Of a stretch of 41,078 nt of DNA, positions 11,759 through 22,271 are shown piece by piece. The notes below the pieces were generated by a model. It saw only the letters and a list, made by a program, of their open reading frames with translations. It searched no databases and was not told where the DNA came from. Source of the stretch: an uncultured Methanosarcinales archaeon (GTDB lineage: Archaea; Nanobdellota; Nanobdellia; Woesearchaeales; CAZKBD01); NCBI GenBank assembly GCA_964550945.1, contig CAZKBD010000006.1, positions 1 to 41,078 on the forward strand, given 5' to 3'. Every line of letters starts with the position of its first letter. Position 1 is the first letter of the stretch. The position numbers and the translations under genes were made by a program.

Positions 11759-12205
11759 ATGGCATTTGAGGAAAATCTTTTGAATCAGCCCCAAAAAAAG
11801 GGCAGCTTATTTTCACATAAGCAAATTCCCCCAATGGAAGGGCTGACACCAAACCAATTAAATGAACTAATCAGAAGATTAAAAATATTAGAAGAAAGGT
11901 ACACAAATCTTCAGACAAGATCCCAGCTGACAGAACAGAACATGCTGTCAAGAAACAGAAGTGTTGCCACTGAGATCAAAACAATAAATCTGGATATACA
12001 CGAGATAAAGAGGGAAGTTGAAGAAATAAAAAATAGGATTCTGATGATAATCAAGGAATTGCAGGCTTCAGCACGAAAAGAGGAGCTGAAAATACTTGAA
12101 AGATATGTTAACATGTGGGAGCCTGTGAAATTTGTCACACATAACGAAGTTGAAGAGGTAGTTAAAGAAATTTTGGCGAAATATGCTCCTAATAGAAACC
12201 TTTAA
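11759..12205 (+). CDS. Hypothetical coiled-coil protein
   Basis: 148-aa ORF with heptad-rich E/K/I/L pattern. Confidence 0.75.
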   Translation: MAFEENLLNQPQKKGSLFSHKQIPPMEGLTPNQLNELIRRLKILEERYTNLQTRSQLTEQNMLSRNRSVATEIKTINLDIHEIKREVEEIKNRILMIIKELQASARKEELKILERYVNMWEPVKFVTHNEVEEVVKEILAKYAPNRNL

Positions 12206-12208
12206 ATA

Positions 12209-12333
12209 TCAGAATTCCACCCATCTATTGATTGGTGGTCACGGTGGAATTCTGAGTATGCTCAAAAACCACCCGAGTCCAATTAACTATGTTAAAATCA
12301 TGCCACCTATCTCTAATTGGTGGTTTTTGACAT
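12209..12333. repeat. Intergenic double-hairpin palindromic element
   Basis: TCAGAATTCCACC (12209-21) / GGTGGAATTCTGA (12243-55), linker GTATGC, TCAAAAACCACC (12262-73) / GGTGGTTTTTGA (12319-30), then CAT. Confidence 0.85.
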
Positions 12334-12366
12334 AAACACAAATACGCAAACAGTGCAGGTGATAAA

Positions 12367-13002
12367 ATGCCTTTATTTGGCAAGAAAAAACCACAAGAGC
12401 CTCAGCCTGATATGGGATTTGGAGCTTCTTCAGGAGGGATTCCTACTGAGGAAGTCAGCATGATGAGGCAGCGAGGATACCAGGATAACCAGATAATCCA
12501 GACTTTACAAAACAGGGGTTATAATTCTGATGAGGTATACAGCGCTATGAGCCAGGCCGATATGTCCAGGTCAGCTGGCCCTTTGCCTATGCAGCAAATG
12601 CAAAATATGCCTCCTCCAATAATGTCACAGCCTATGTCACAGCCTCCAATGCAGCAAATGGGGGAGGAAAGGTCTATCTCTGCTCCTGAAAAAGAAAGGA
12701 TTGAAGAAGTTGCAGAAGCTATCATTGATGAGAAATGGAAGGAGCTTATGGGGGATATAAGCAAAGTGGTTGAATGGAAACGGGTTGTTGATTCCAGGCT
12801 AGACAAGATAGAGCAGCAAATTAGCGACCTAAGAGCTAATTTTGATACTTTGCATAAAGGTGTTCTTGGGAGAATATCTGATTATGATAAAAATCTCACA
12901 AATGTGGGTGTAGAGATAAAGGCAATGGAGAAGGTTTTCCAGCAGATCCTTCCAACATTCACAGAGAATGTAAACCGGCTTTCTAGGATGGTTAAGAAAT
13001 AA
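12367..13002 (+). CDS. Hypothetical protein with N-terminal helical domain, M/Q/P-rich linker and C-terminal coiled coil
   Basis: AGGTGAT RBS. 211-aa ORF. Confidence 0.8.
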   Translation: MPLFGKKKPQEPQPDMGFGASSGGIPTEEVSMMRQRGYQDNQIIQTLQNRGYNSDEVYSAMSQADMSRSAGPLPMQQMQNMPPPIMSQPMSQPPMQQMGEERSISAPEKERIEEVAEAIIDEKWKELMGDISKVVEWKRVVDSRLDKIEQQISDLRANFDTLHKGVLGRISDYDKNLTNVGVEIKAMEKVFQQILPTFTENVNRLSRMVKK

Positions 13003-13051
13003 ATCTTAACATAAACTATATAAACCTATTATTTCTTAAAAGTATTAGGCA

Positions 13052-13507
13052 ATGAAAAAAACAATCCATAAAGATACCCCTTTGGCAGAATTGACCCTTA
13101 GGAAATATGAAAAGCCTGCTAATCTTTCAGATAGGGAGCTGATAAGGAAGTTGTGCCTGACTTTAGGCTTATTGCAGCCAGGCGACTCAAGAGATATTAT
13201 TGTTGATATTTTCTATGTTATGATCAAATCAAAAAAAGAGATCTCTTCAGAAGAGGTTAGAGAGCAAGTGATAAAATCAAGAAAACAAATGAATTTGCCT
13301 CTAATTGGGATAGCTTCATCAAACATAAGGAGGCAGCTTAAGCGCTTAAGGAATTTGTTTTTTGTTGAGAAGATAGCAAATACTTACAGAATAGCTGAGA
13401 AATCCAGCTTAACGGAAATTTTTGAGGAGAAAATAGAGAGATTTCTACTCCAATCAATCATATCCAGAACTAAGGAATATATAAAAAAAGTTGACGATAG
13501 CTTATGA
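13052..13507 (+). CDS. Putative winged-helix DNA-binding protein
   Basis: SSEEV...SSNIRRQLKRLRNLFFVEK..YRI fits an HTH plus wing. TATA-like TATATAAA at ~13017-13024. Confidence 0.6.
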   Translation: MKKTIHKDTPLAELTLRKYEKPANLSDRELIRKLCLTLGLLQPGDSRDIIVDIFYVMIKSKKEISSEEVREQVIKSRKQMNLPLIGIASSNIRRQLKRLRNLFFVEKIANTYRIAEKSSLTEIFEEKIERFLLQSIISRTKEYIKKVDDSL

Positions 13508-14955
13508 AAAAAGAGGCAATAGCTAGACTAGCAGAAAATGCAGCATTTGTACTGATCATACTGATTGGAGTCTTCCATTTCTTTGAGCTTCTTCCTGTTG
13601 AATTGGAATATTTTGAGAAGATCCTTTCATGGACAATGATGGGCTATCTGCTTTATAATGCATCTCTAACAAAAATTTTCTTCGGAGTACAGAAGAAATC
13701 TATAGATTTGCTGCTGATACTGGCTTATTTCCTATTAATCATAAAAAATCTTGTAGCCTATGCACTAGCCGCATTCAAAGAAGAGTCGCTGCTTAGCTCC
13801 TTTTTTTACTTTATCGCAAATGAGAGATTTGAGTTATACGCATTCTATATGGCTGGTTTATCTTTGATAGTGATATCATTGTATCTATCAAAACTGCATG
13901 TAAAAAAACCGAGCTTGATGTGCGTAATACATGAAACTGGAATTCCAAAAACACACAAAAAGAAAATTGAAAGATTTATTGCTACCTATCTGATATTAGT
14001 CGCATTTTTTATTATAATATTCAATCTTATGATGGAATGGCTTGCGATGGCAGTTGATGCGCCTTTGCTGATGATAAGCATTTTCCTTTACCTGTATGTC
14101 GTGATAGTTTTGCATAGGAAATTCAGCACTGAATCAATGATACACAAAATAGGCTCGTTTGGGGAAAAGTTCTATAATAATTTTATCCAGCTCTTTCACA
14201 CAAAAAAAAGGATATTACTGGGATTTTCAGGGATATTGGTTTTATTTTTGCTTGTAGACTGGGGTAACTTCATCCTGCCTTATGTTTTAAACTATAATGA
14301 TCCAATGTATTTTGCCCAGCTTGGCCAAAATCAGCAGGCTTTGGTTGCTTTAATCACAAATGATATGGCTTTTACCTCTACAATAATGGATAAAATCAGC
14401 TTGGCATGGATTTATATCTTTAATATCCTAGCGATGTTGTTTGCATTGGTTTTACCTGCATTTATATGGTATAGGGTTTACCGAAGAAAAGGCTTTAAGG
14501 TCACCAATCTGAGCTTGAGCTTATTTTTTATTTCGTTTGTTGTTTATGCATCAAGACCAATATTCAAGATTGAGGCAATTACAGATGTTTCTTATTTAAT
14601 GGGGGTTATCATCAAAACAAATAACGTGATGCCCTCCAATATAATATTGCCCTTTTTAGTATCCTTATCTTTAGGCGTGATTGTTTTCTTTTTGTCAAGC
14701 AATCATTCAGCGAAAAAAAGACTTATGATAGCTGCGATTATTTTGTTGATTGCTTTCTTTATATCATATATATCCTACTATTTTTATTCGATGTGCATAT
14801 ATTATCTATCTTCTATAACTTTTTTTGTCAGCAAAGACCAGTTGTTTTTCGCATTCTACTTTACTTTGTTCCTCATAATCCTGACAATATTCTTCATAAG
14901 CGGGTTTATAATCTATTTATTGGAAATAAAGAGAGAGTTCAAGTATGTGAGATAA
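13504..14955 (+). CDS. Polytopic membrane protein of unknown function (~12-13 TM)
   Basis: Many hydrophobic segments. ATGA overlap with the upstream gene. Confidence 0.75.
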   Translation: MKKEAIARLAENAAFVLIILIGVFHFFELLPVELEYFEKILSWTMMGYLLYNASLTKIFFGVQKKSIDLLLILAYFLLIIKNLVAYALAAFKEESLLSSFFYFIANERFELYAFYMAGLSLIVISLYLSKLHVKKPSLMCVIHETGIPKTHKKKIERFIATYLILVAFFIIIFNLMMEWLAMAVDAPLLMISIFLYLYVVIVLHRKFSTESMIHKIGSFGEKFYNNFIQLFHTKKRILLGFSGILVLFLLVDWGNFILPYVLNYNDPMYFAQLGQNQQALVALITNDMAFTSTIMDKISLAWIYIFNILAMLFALVLPAFIWYRVYRRKGFKVTNLSLSLFFISFVVYASRPIFKIEAITDVSYLMGVIIKTNNVMPSNIILPFLVSLSLGVIVFFLSSNHSAKKRLMIAAIILLIAFFISYISYYFYSMCIYYLSSITFFVSKDQLFFAFYFTLFLIILTIFFISGFIIYLLEIKREFKYVR

Positions 14956-14996
14956 AAGAAAATTAATTCAAGTGGTTATTTATTATTCTTATTCTC

Positions 14997-15085
14997 GGCA
15001 ACAACAATAATGGCTTCGGACGGCTTCGCCTGCTCGCCACTCCGACGGAGTTAACCCCCATCTCGCCCTCGCCATTGTTGTTGCC
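14997..15085. repeat. GC-rich structured inverted-repeat element upstream of the pyr promoter
   Basis: GGCAACAACAAT(AAT)GGC ... GCCATTGTTGTTGCC encloses GGC-TTCG-GCC-type hairpins. Confidence 0.6.
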
Positions 15086-15214
15086 TCGAACGTTCTCAGT
15101 CTTTGTCTTTTCACAAAACCAAAATATTTATATAATCCAGCCCCAATCTATTGTTGGTAAAGGCAAAAACAGATTTCTCTATGGGGAACCCTTTTTAATT
15201 AATCGTCGAGCAAA

Positions 15215-15229
15215 CGAAAGGTTTATTAA
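15215..15229 (+). promoter_or_regulatory. BRE-TATA promoter of the car/pyr cluster
   Basis: CGAAAGG-TTTATTAA. Confidence 0.65.
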
Positions 15230-15329
15230 TAAGTTGCATTCCCTTTATTTTTTTAATGGATAAAAAATCTGTTAATCAAAACAATAATTCTTCATCATAT
15301 GCTTATCAATTTTGTTTGGGTGGTTTTCA

Positions 15330-16406
15330 ATGTATGCAGTTTTAGCACTAAAAGACGGAACAATATTCAAAGGAAAAGGTTTTGGAGCTGAAGGAGTTGC
15401 AAAAGGAGAGCTCTGCTTTAATACTTCTATGGTTGGCTATGAGGAATCTTTGACAGATCCAAGCTACACAGGCCAAATTCTTACTATGACTTATCCATTG
15501 ATAGGGAATTATGGCGTAAGAAAAGGCTTCTTTGAATCCAGCCGGATACAGGCAGAGGGTTTTGTTGTCAAAGAAGAATCAGAATTTTTTGACCATAGGA
15601 TTGCTGTAAAAAATATTGATAAATTCCTCAGGGAAGAAAATATTCCAGGCATAAGCCATGTTGATACAAGGGAGATAACAAGAAAATTAAGGATTCATGG
15701 AGTGATGAACAGCATCCTGATAACATCAAAAGATGAAATCAACGAAGAAGATGCAATCAATCAGGCAAAAAAACTTCCAGATATAACTGATTTGGATCTG
15801 CTAAACCAAGTTTCAGTAAAAAAACCAAAGGACTTTGATTGCAAAGGAAAAAAGACAATTGCAGTTATTGATTTGGGCATAAAAAATTCTATAATAGGGT
15901 GGCTGATGAACAAGAAAATAAATGTTAAGCTGCTGCCTTACACAACAAATGCTCAGGAGATTCTTGACTTAAAAATAAATGGGGTTTTGCTTAGCAATGG
16001 CCCTGGCAATCCTGAAAAAGCAACTGATGCGATAAAACTTGTAAAAGAATTACAGGGGCAATTGCCCTTATTTGGCATCTGCTTAGGCCATCAGGTTCTT
16101 GGTCTTGGATTAGGTGCAAAAACCTACAAGCTAAAATTCGGCCACCGAGGATCAAATCAGCCTGTAAAAAACATCAAAGAGAATAAGGTATATATCACTG
16201 CTCAAAACCATGGTTATGCAGTAGAGGAAGAATCAATTCAAGATAGCAGCGTAAAGGTTACTATGATCAACTTAAATGACAAATCTGTAGAAGGGATATC
16301 TGATGAAAAAAGCAAGATTCGCTCTGTACAGTTCCATCCAGAAGCTGGCCCTGGACCAATGGACTCAAATCACATTTTCGATGAATGGATTAAACTATTA
16401 AAATAA
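15330..16406 (+). CDS. carA: Carbamoyl-phosphate synthase small subunit
   Basis: GELCFNTSMVGYEESLTDPSY, SNGPGNP, GICLGHQ, KFGHRG, QFHPEA. ATG at 15330 follows the GGGTGGT RBS. Confidence 0.97.
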   Translation: MYAVLALKDGTIFKGKGFGAEGVAKGELCFNTSMVGYEESLTDPSYTGQILTMTYPLIGNYGVRKGFFESSRIQAEGFVVKEESEFFDHRIAVKNIDKFLREENIPGISHVDTREITRKLRIHGVMNSILITSKDEINEEDAINQAKKLPDITDLDLLNQVSVKKPKDFDCKGKKTIAVIDLGIKNSIIGWLMNKKINVKLLPYTTNAQEILDLKINGVLLSNGPGNPEKATDAIKLVKELQGQLPLFGICLGHQVLGLGLGAKTYKLKFGHRGSNQPVKNIKENKVYITAQNHGYAVEEESIQDSSVKVTMINLNDKSVEGISDEKSKIRSVQFHPEAGPGPMDSNHIFDEWIKLLK

Positions 16407-16407
16407 A

Positions 16408-19400
16408 ATGCCAAAAAAAGAACTAAAAAAAGTGATGGTAATAGGCTCTGGCCCGATTATTATAGGCCAGGCTGCTGAATTTGATTATTCAGGGACACAA
16501 GCGTGTAAATCATTGCACGAAGAGGGAATAAAAGTTGTCCTAGTTAACTCAAATCCAGCAACAATCCAAACCGATTTAACAACAGCAGATATAGTCTATA
16601 TAGAGCCTCTTGATGTAGAAACAATAACCAGGATTATAGAAAAAGAAAAGCCAGATGGAATTATAGCAACAATGGGCGGCCAGACTGGACTAAACTTGAC
16701 ATCAGAGCTTTATGAGAAAGGAATTCTGCAAAAGTATGGTGTTGAAATGTTAGGAACGCCAATATGGGCAATAGAGCATGGCGAGAACAGGGAAAGCTTC
16801 AAAAGGCTGATGGATGAGCTTGAGATTCCGCTGCCAAGAAGCAAGACAGTGAATTCATTCAACGCAGCAAAAGAATATGTTAAAGAGTTAGGCTTTCCAG
16901 TAATAATAAGGCCGGCTTATACAATGGGCGGCACAGGAGGAGGAATAGTCTTTAATGAGCAGGAATTTGATATTATCGCGCAAAGAGGCCTTAACCTAAG
17001 CAGAATCCACCAGATACTTGTTGAGGAAGCAATCCTAGGGCCAGCTGGATGGGGAGAGATTGAATTTGAGGTTGTAAGAGATGGAAAAGACAACTGCATA
17101 ATAGTCTGCTCAATGGAAAATGTTGATCCAATGGGAGTACATACAGGAGATTCAATAGTTGTTGCTCCTGCTTTAACATTGAACAACGAAGATTATCAGA
17201 TGCTTAGAAGCAACGCAATAAAAATAATAAGGGGATTAAGGATAGAAGGAGGATGTAATGTGCAGTTTGCATTCAATTATCTGACTGGTGAGTATAGGAT
17301 TATAGAGGTCAATCCAAGGCTTAGCAGAAGCTCTGCTTTAGCTTCGAAAGCAACAGGATATCCAATTGCAAGAGTCGCAACAAAGATAGCAATCGGAAAA
17401 AGCCTTGATGAAATACAGAATGATGTTACCAAATCAACCTCAGCTTGTTTTGAACCGTCTGTTGATTATGTTGTTGTGAAATTTCCAAGATGGCCATTTG
17501 ATAAATTCAGGACAGCTGATAAAACACTAGGCTCCCAGATGAAAGCTACTGGAGAGACTATGTCTATTGGAAGAAATTTTGAAGAGGCAATGCAAAAAGC
17601 AATAAGGTCATTGGAGATTGGAAGAGCTGGCCTGGGCTTTGATGGCAAGGATAAATTTATAGATGATAAAGAAAAATTAAACAAACTTCTAAAAAATCCA
17701 ACGCATGAACGAATATTCCACATAAGGGATGCGTTCAGATTAAAATACTCAATAGATGAAATATACCAATTGACAGGAATCCACAAGTGGTTTTTGACAA
17801 AGCTGAAAAATATTTTTGATTATGGCAGCAAAATAAAACTTGAAAAGGATTCCATAATAAAAGCAAAAGAGCTTGGCTTTTCTGACAGGCAGATATCAGT
17901 TATCCTAAAAATGCCAGAAGAGGATATAAGGCAGTTCAGGATCAAAAACAATGTGCTGCCAATATACAAGATGGTAGATACCTGCGCTGCAGAGTTTGAG
18001 GCTGTAACTCCTTATCTTTATTCTACTTATGAGCATGAAGACGAATCAAGACCGACAAACAACAAAAAAATTATAATGGTCGGAGGGGGCCCGATAAGAA
18101 TAGGCCAGGGAATAGAATTTGACTATTGCTGCGTTCATAGCGTATATGCTCTAAGAGAGGATGGGTATGAAGCCATTATAATAAACAACAATCCTGAGAC
18201 AGTATCCACAGATTATGACACTTCTGATAAGCTCTATTTTGAGCCTTTGACGTTTGAAGATGTTTTGAATATCATTGAAAGAGAAAATCCATTGGGAGTA
18301 ATCCTCCAGTTTGGAGGCCAGACTCCAATAAACATGGCAATGAAGCTTCATAGAGCAGGTGTCAAGATACTAGGAACCCAGCCAGAAAGCATTGATCTGG
18401 CAGAAGACAGGAAGAAATTTGGCCAAGTGCTAGCCAAGCTGAAGATACCTTCAGCAGAATGGGGAACAGCAATGTCAGTAGAAGAGGCTTTAGAAATTGC
18501 CAACAGGATAAAATACCCTGTTCTAGTCAGGCCATCTTATGTTTTAGGCGGCAGAGCAATGCAGATTGTTGATAATGATGAAGAGCTGGTCTCATACATG
18601 CAGGAAGCTGTGGATATAAGCCCAGAACATCCTGTATTGATAGACAGATATCTGTCAAATGCCACAGAGCTTGATGTTGATGCCTTATCTGATGGAAAAG
18701 AGGTTTTTGTTGCTGCAATAATGGAGCATATCGAGGAAGCAGGCATCCATTCAGGTGATTCTGCTTGCGTGATTCCTCCTCAAAATCTGTCTAAAGAACT
18801 GAAAGATAGGGTTATTGATTATACAACAAAACTTGCCCTTGAATTAAAGACAATAGGGCTAATAAATATGCAGATGGCAGTAAAAGATAACATCATCTAC
18901 ATTTTAGAAGCGAATCCCAGGGCATCGAGAACAGTTCCTTATGTAAGCAAAACAATTGGAATACCTTTAGCAAAAATGGCTACAAAGATAATGCTCGGCA
19001 AAACACTAAAAGAATTAGGGCTCACTGAATACAAAGAGCCAAAATTCGCTTCTGTGAAAGAGGTTGTTTTTCCATTCTTAAAGCTGCATGGTGTTGCGCC
19101 TTCATTAGGGCCTGAGATGCAGTCAACAGGAGAAGTGATGGGGATAGATGAAAATTTTGACAAAGCTTTTTTCAAAGCAGAAGCTTGCGCTGGCACTTCG
19201 TTGCCATTAAAAGGCAATATACTTTGGACAATAGGGCCGGAGAAAGACAAGGAAGGGCTAGCGCCATTTGCTAAAAAATTAGTTGGCCTAGGATTCAATC
19301 TGTACTGCACAAGAACAACTAGGGAGGTATTAGAGAAATATGGCATCCATTCATTTGAAGTTCCAAAAATAAGGGATAATCCTTTAATAATTGAAATGAT

Positions 19401-19626
19401 GAAAAGGAAAGAGCTGGATTTGATAATAAATATCCACCGAGGCACGCATCCAAAAAGCGATTCAGCTGAGATCAGGACAGCTGCTGTTGAGCTTGATGTC
19501 CCTTACATAACAACAGTAACTGCAACAAAAGCAGCTGTCAATGCAATTAAAGCATTAATCAATCAGAAGGTTTCAGTAAATTCACTCGAGGATTACTATA
19601 GGGAGTTTAGTGCCAAAAAACAATAA
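16408..19626 (+). CDS. carB: Carbamoyl-phosphate synthase large subunit
   Basis: IGSGPIIIGQAAEFDYSG, EVNPRLSRSSALASKATGYPIA, duplicated ATP-grasp domains, MGS-like C-terminus. Confidence 0.98.
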   Translation: MPKKELKKVMVIGSGPIIIGQAAEFDYSGTQACKSLHEEGIKVVLVNSNPATIQTDLTTADIVYIEPLDVETITRIIEKEKPDGIIATMGGQTGLNLTSELYEKGILQKYGVEMLGTPIWAIEHGENRESFKRLMDELEIPLPRSKTVNSFNAAKEYVKELGFPVIIRPAYTMGGTGGGIVFNEQEFDIIAQRGLNLSRIHQILVEEAILGPAGWGEIEFEVVRDGKDNCIIVCSMENVDPMGVHTGDSIVVAPALTLNNEDYQMLRSNAIKIIRGLRIEGGCNVQFAFNYLTGEYRIIEVNPRLSRSSALASKATGYPIARVATKIAIGKSLDEIQNDVTKSTSACFEPSVDYVVVKFPRWPFDKFRTADKTLGSQMKATGETMSIGRNFEEAMQKAIRSLEIGRAGLGFDGKDKFIDDKEKLNKLLKNPTHERIFHIRDAFRLKYSIDEIYQLTGIHKWFLTKLKNIFDYGSKIKLEKDSIIKAKELGFSDRQISVILKMPEEDIRQFRIKNNVLPIYKMVDTCAAEFEAVTPYLYSTYEHEDESRPTNNKKIIMVGGGPIRIGQGIEFDYCCVHSVYALREDGYEAIIINNNPETVSTDYDTSDKLYFEPLTFEDVLNIIERENPLGVILQFGGQTPINMAMKLHRAGVKILGTQPESIDLAEDRKKFGQVLAKLKIPSAEWGTAMSVEEALEIANRIKYPVLVRPSYVLGGRAMQIVDNDEELVSYMQEAVDISPEHPVLIDRYLSNATELDVDALSDGKEVFVAAIMEHIEEAGIHSGDSACVIPPQNLSKELKDRVIDYTTKLALELKTIGLINMQMAVKDNIIYILEANPRASRTVPYVSKTIGIPLAKMATKIMLGKTLKELGLTEYKEPKFASVKEVVFPFLKLHGVAPSLGPEMQSTGEVMGIDENFDKAFFKAEACAGTSLPLKGNILWTIGPEKDKEGLAPFAKKLVGLGFNLYCTRTTREVLEKYGIHSFEVPKIRDNPLIIEMMKRKELDLIINIHRGTHPKSDSAEIRTAAVELDVPYITTVTATKAAVNAIKALINQKVSVNSLEDYYREFSAKKQ

Positions 19627-19642
19627 AGTTTATATATGTTAA

Positions 19643-20596
<954 letters not shown>

Positions 20597-20650
20597 AAGC
20601 ATACTCACTATCATTCGTAACTTTCATTTTAACTGATGAGGTTATTTAAA

Positions 20651-21094
20651 ATGAAGGAGTTAAAAATACCTGCAATAAAACAAGGAACAGTGATAGACCA
20701 CCTGCCAAGCAGAGATACATTCAAGGTAATGAGGATATTAAACCCCCAGGAGTTCCGCTACCCTATCTCAATAGCATTGAACCTAAAAAGCAAATCAATG
20801 GGCATAAAGGGAATAATCAAGATAAGCAACAGGAGCCTTACAAAAGAAGAGGTTGACAAGATAGCCATACTGGCTCCCAACGCTACTGTGAACATAATAG
20901 AGGACTACAAAGTCAAAAAAAAGATTAAAGTGAAGATTCCTGAAGAGCTTGTAGGCATAATCAGGTGCACTAATCCTATGTGTGTAACCAATAAGCAGAA
21001 TATCGAGGCAAGATTCAGGTTGTTGCAACATGATGAGCTTAAATGCGAGTATTGTGAGAGAATAATCAATATGGATGAAGTTGAACTAAGATAA
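20651..21094 (+). CDS. pyrI: Aspartate carbamoyltransferase regulatory subunit
   Basis: IKQGTVIDHL, CTNPMCVTN...CEYCE Zn ligands. Confidence 0.95.
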   Translation: MKELKIPAIKQGTVIDHLPSRDTFKVMRILNPQEFRYPISIALNLKSKSMGIKGIIKISNRSLTKEEVDKIAILAPNATVNIIEDYKVKKKIKVKIPEELVGIIRCTNPMCVTNKQNIEARFRLLQHDELKCEYCERIINMDEVELR

Positions 21095-21095
21095 A

Positions 21096-22163
21096 ATGGA
21101 TCTGTCAAGAACCGCCAATAGGAGAATAACACGCAGTATACATCCATTCCATAAACAAGCGGTTCTTGATCATGCTCAGAAATCCAAAAATTCGTATGAA
21201 TTTTTGGGTCATAAAAAATCAATGATTTTTCATAAATCTTCGATTTCTGACATGTCAACAAAAATTGCTAACATCAGGTTAAAAAATCCTCTAATCCTAT
21301 CTTCGGGAATTCTTGATTTAACTGCTCCAATAATGAGGAGAATAGTGGATAATGGCGCTGGCGCGATAACCACCAAAGCAATTGGCTTGGAGGAAAGAGC
21401 AGGCCATAAAAATCCTTCGTTAATTGCGACTGAGCACTATTTGATGAATGCAATGGGCCTTTGCAATCCAGGATATAAACATTATAGTGACGAGATCAAG
21501 GATTTTAAGAAAGTAAATGCTCCATTAATAGCGAACATATTTGCAGAAAGTGCAGAAGGATTTGCCAAGCTTGCGCAAGAGCTTGAGAAATATGGCGCTG
21601 ATGCTCTGGAGCTTAATTTAAGCTGCCCAAATGTCGCGAAAGATGAGAATCTTGGGCAGGTTATTGGAAAAAATCCTGCTCTTGTGGAGGAATACACCAG
21701 GAAAGTCAGGAAATCAGTTCATATTCCTGTTATTGTAAAGCTGACTCCAAATGTCAATGATATAACCGAGATAGCCAAAGCAGCTGAAAGAGGCAATGCT
21801 GATATAATCTCAGCAATTAACACTCTTGGCCCAGGAATGGCGATAAATATTGAAGCAGCAAAACCGATCCTAGCGAATAAGTTTGGCGGCGTGTCAGGGC
21901 CAGCAATCAAGCCAATAGCAATTGCATCTGTCTATAAGATATATGAATCAGTTAAGGTTCCGATAATAGGGATTGGTGGAATAACAACAGGAAAGGATGC
22001 AATAGAGATGCTGATGGCAGGAGCATCTGCTGTTGGAGTAGGCTCTGCAGTTTATTATCGGGATATTGATGTGTTTAACAAAATACTATCTGAGATGCAA
22101 GAGTGGATGGAAAAAAATGGATACAGCAAAATAAAAGAGCTGATAGGGATAGCGCATGAATAA
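21096..22163 (+). CDS. pyrD: Dihydroorotate dehydrogenase family 1B catalytic subunit; 50-codon palindromic insertion after MDLS (alternative start ATG 21252)
   Basis: LKNPLILSSG, NAMGLCNPG, ELNLSCPN, KLTPNV, GGVSGPAIKP. Confidence 0.95.
   Translation: MDLSRTANRRITRSIHPFHKQAVLDHAQKSKNSYEFLGHKKSMIFHKSSISDMSTKIANIRLKNPLILSSGILDLTAPIMRRIVDNGAGAITTKAIGLEERAGHKNPSLIATEHYLMNAMGLCNPGYKHYSDEIKDFKKVNAPLIANIFAESAEGFAKLAQELEKYGADALELNLSCPNVAKDENLGQVIGKNPALVEEYTRKVRKSVHIPVIVKLTPNVNDITEIAKAAERGNADIISAINTLGPGMAINIEAAKPILANKFGGVSGPAIKPIAIASVYKIYESVKVPIIGIGGITTGKDAIEMLMAGASAVGVGSAVYYRDIDVFNKILSEMQEWMEKNGYSKIKELIGIAHE
21103..21258. mobile_element. 150-bp in-frame nested palindromic insertion bounded by TGTCAA direct repeats
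   Basis: TGTCAA at 21103-08 and 21253-58. IRs TCAAGAACCGC/GCGGTTCTTGA and TCAGAAATC/GATTTCTGA with internal hairpins. Removing one repeat and the insert gives MDLSTKIANIRLKNP. Confidence 0.75.
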
Positions 22164-22271
22164 AATGGACACGCTAGAGATAGCCAGAGTAAACCTAAAA
22201 ACAGAAACATTTATATACTACTGGAGGGATAATACGCCATCTGGAGTGTAAAATATCCAAGTGGTGCAAAA

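Noticed and set aside
15075..15263. 62-aa ORF upstream of carA
   Set aside because: TTG start inside a hairpin, runs across the promoter, no RBS or motif.
21103..21258. BHB-type mRNA intron in pyrD
   Set aside because: TGTCA/TGACA can pair, but I could not build a bulge-helix-bulge with a supporting outer helix. A DNA-level insertion is more parsimonious.
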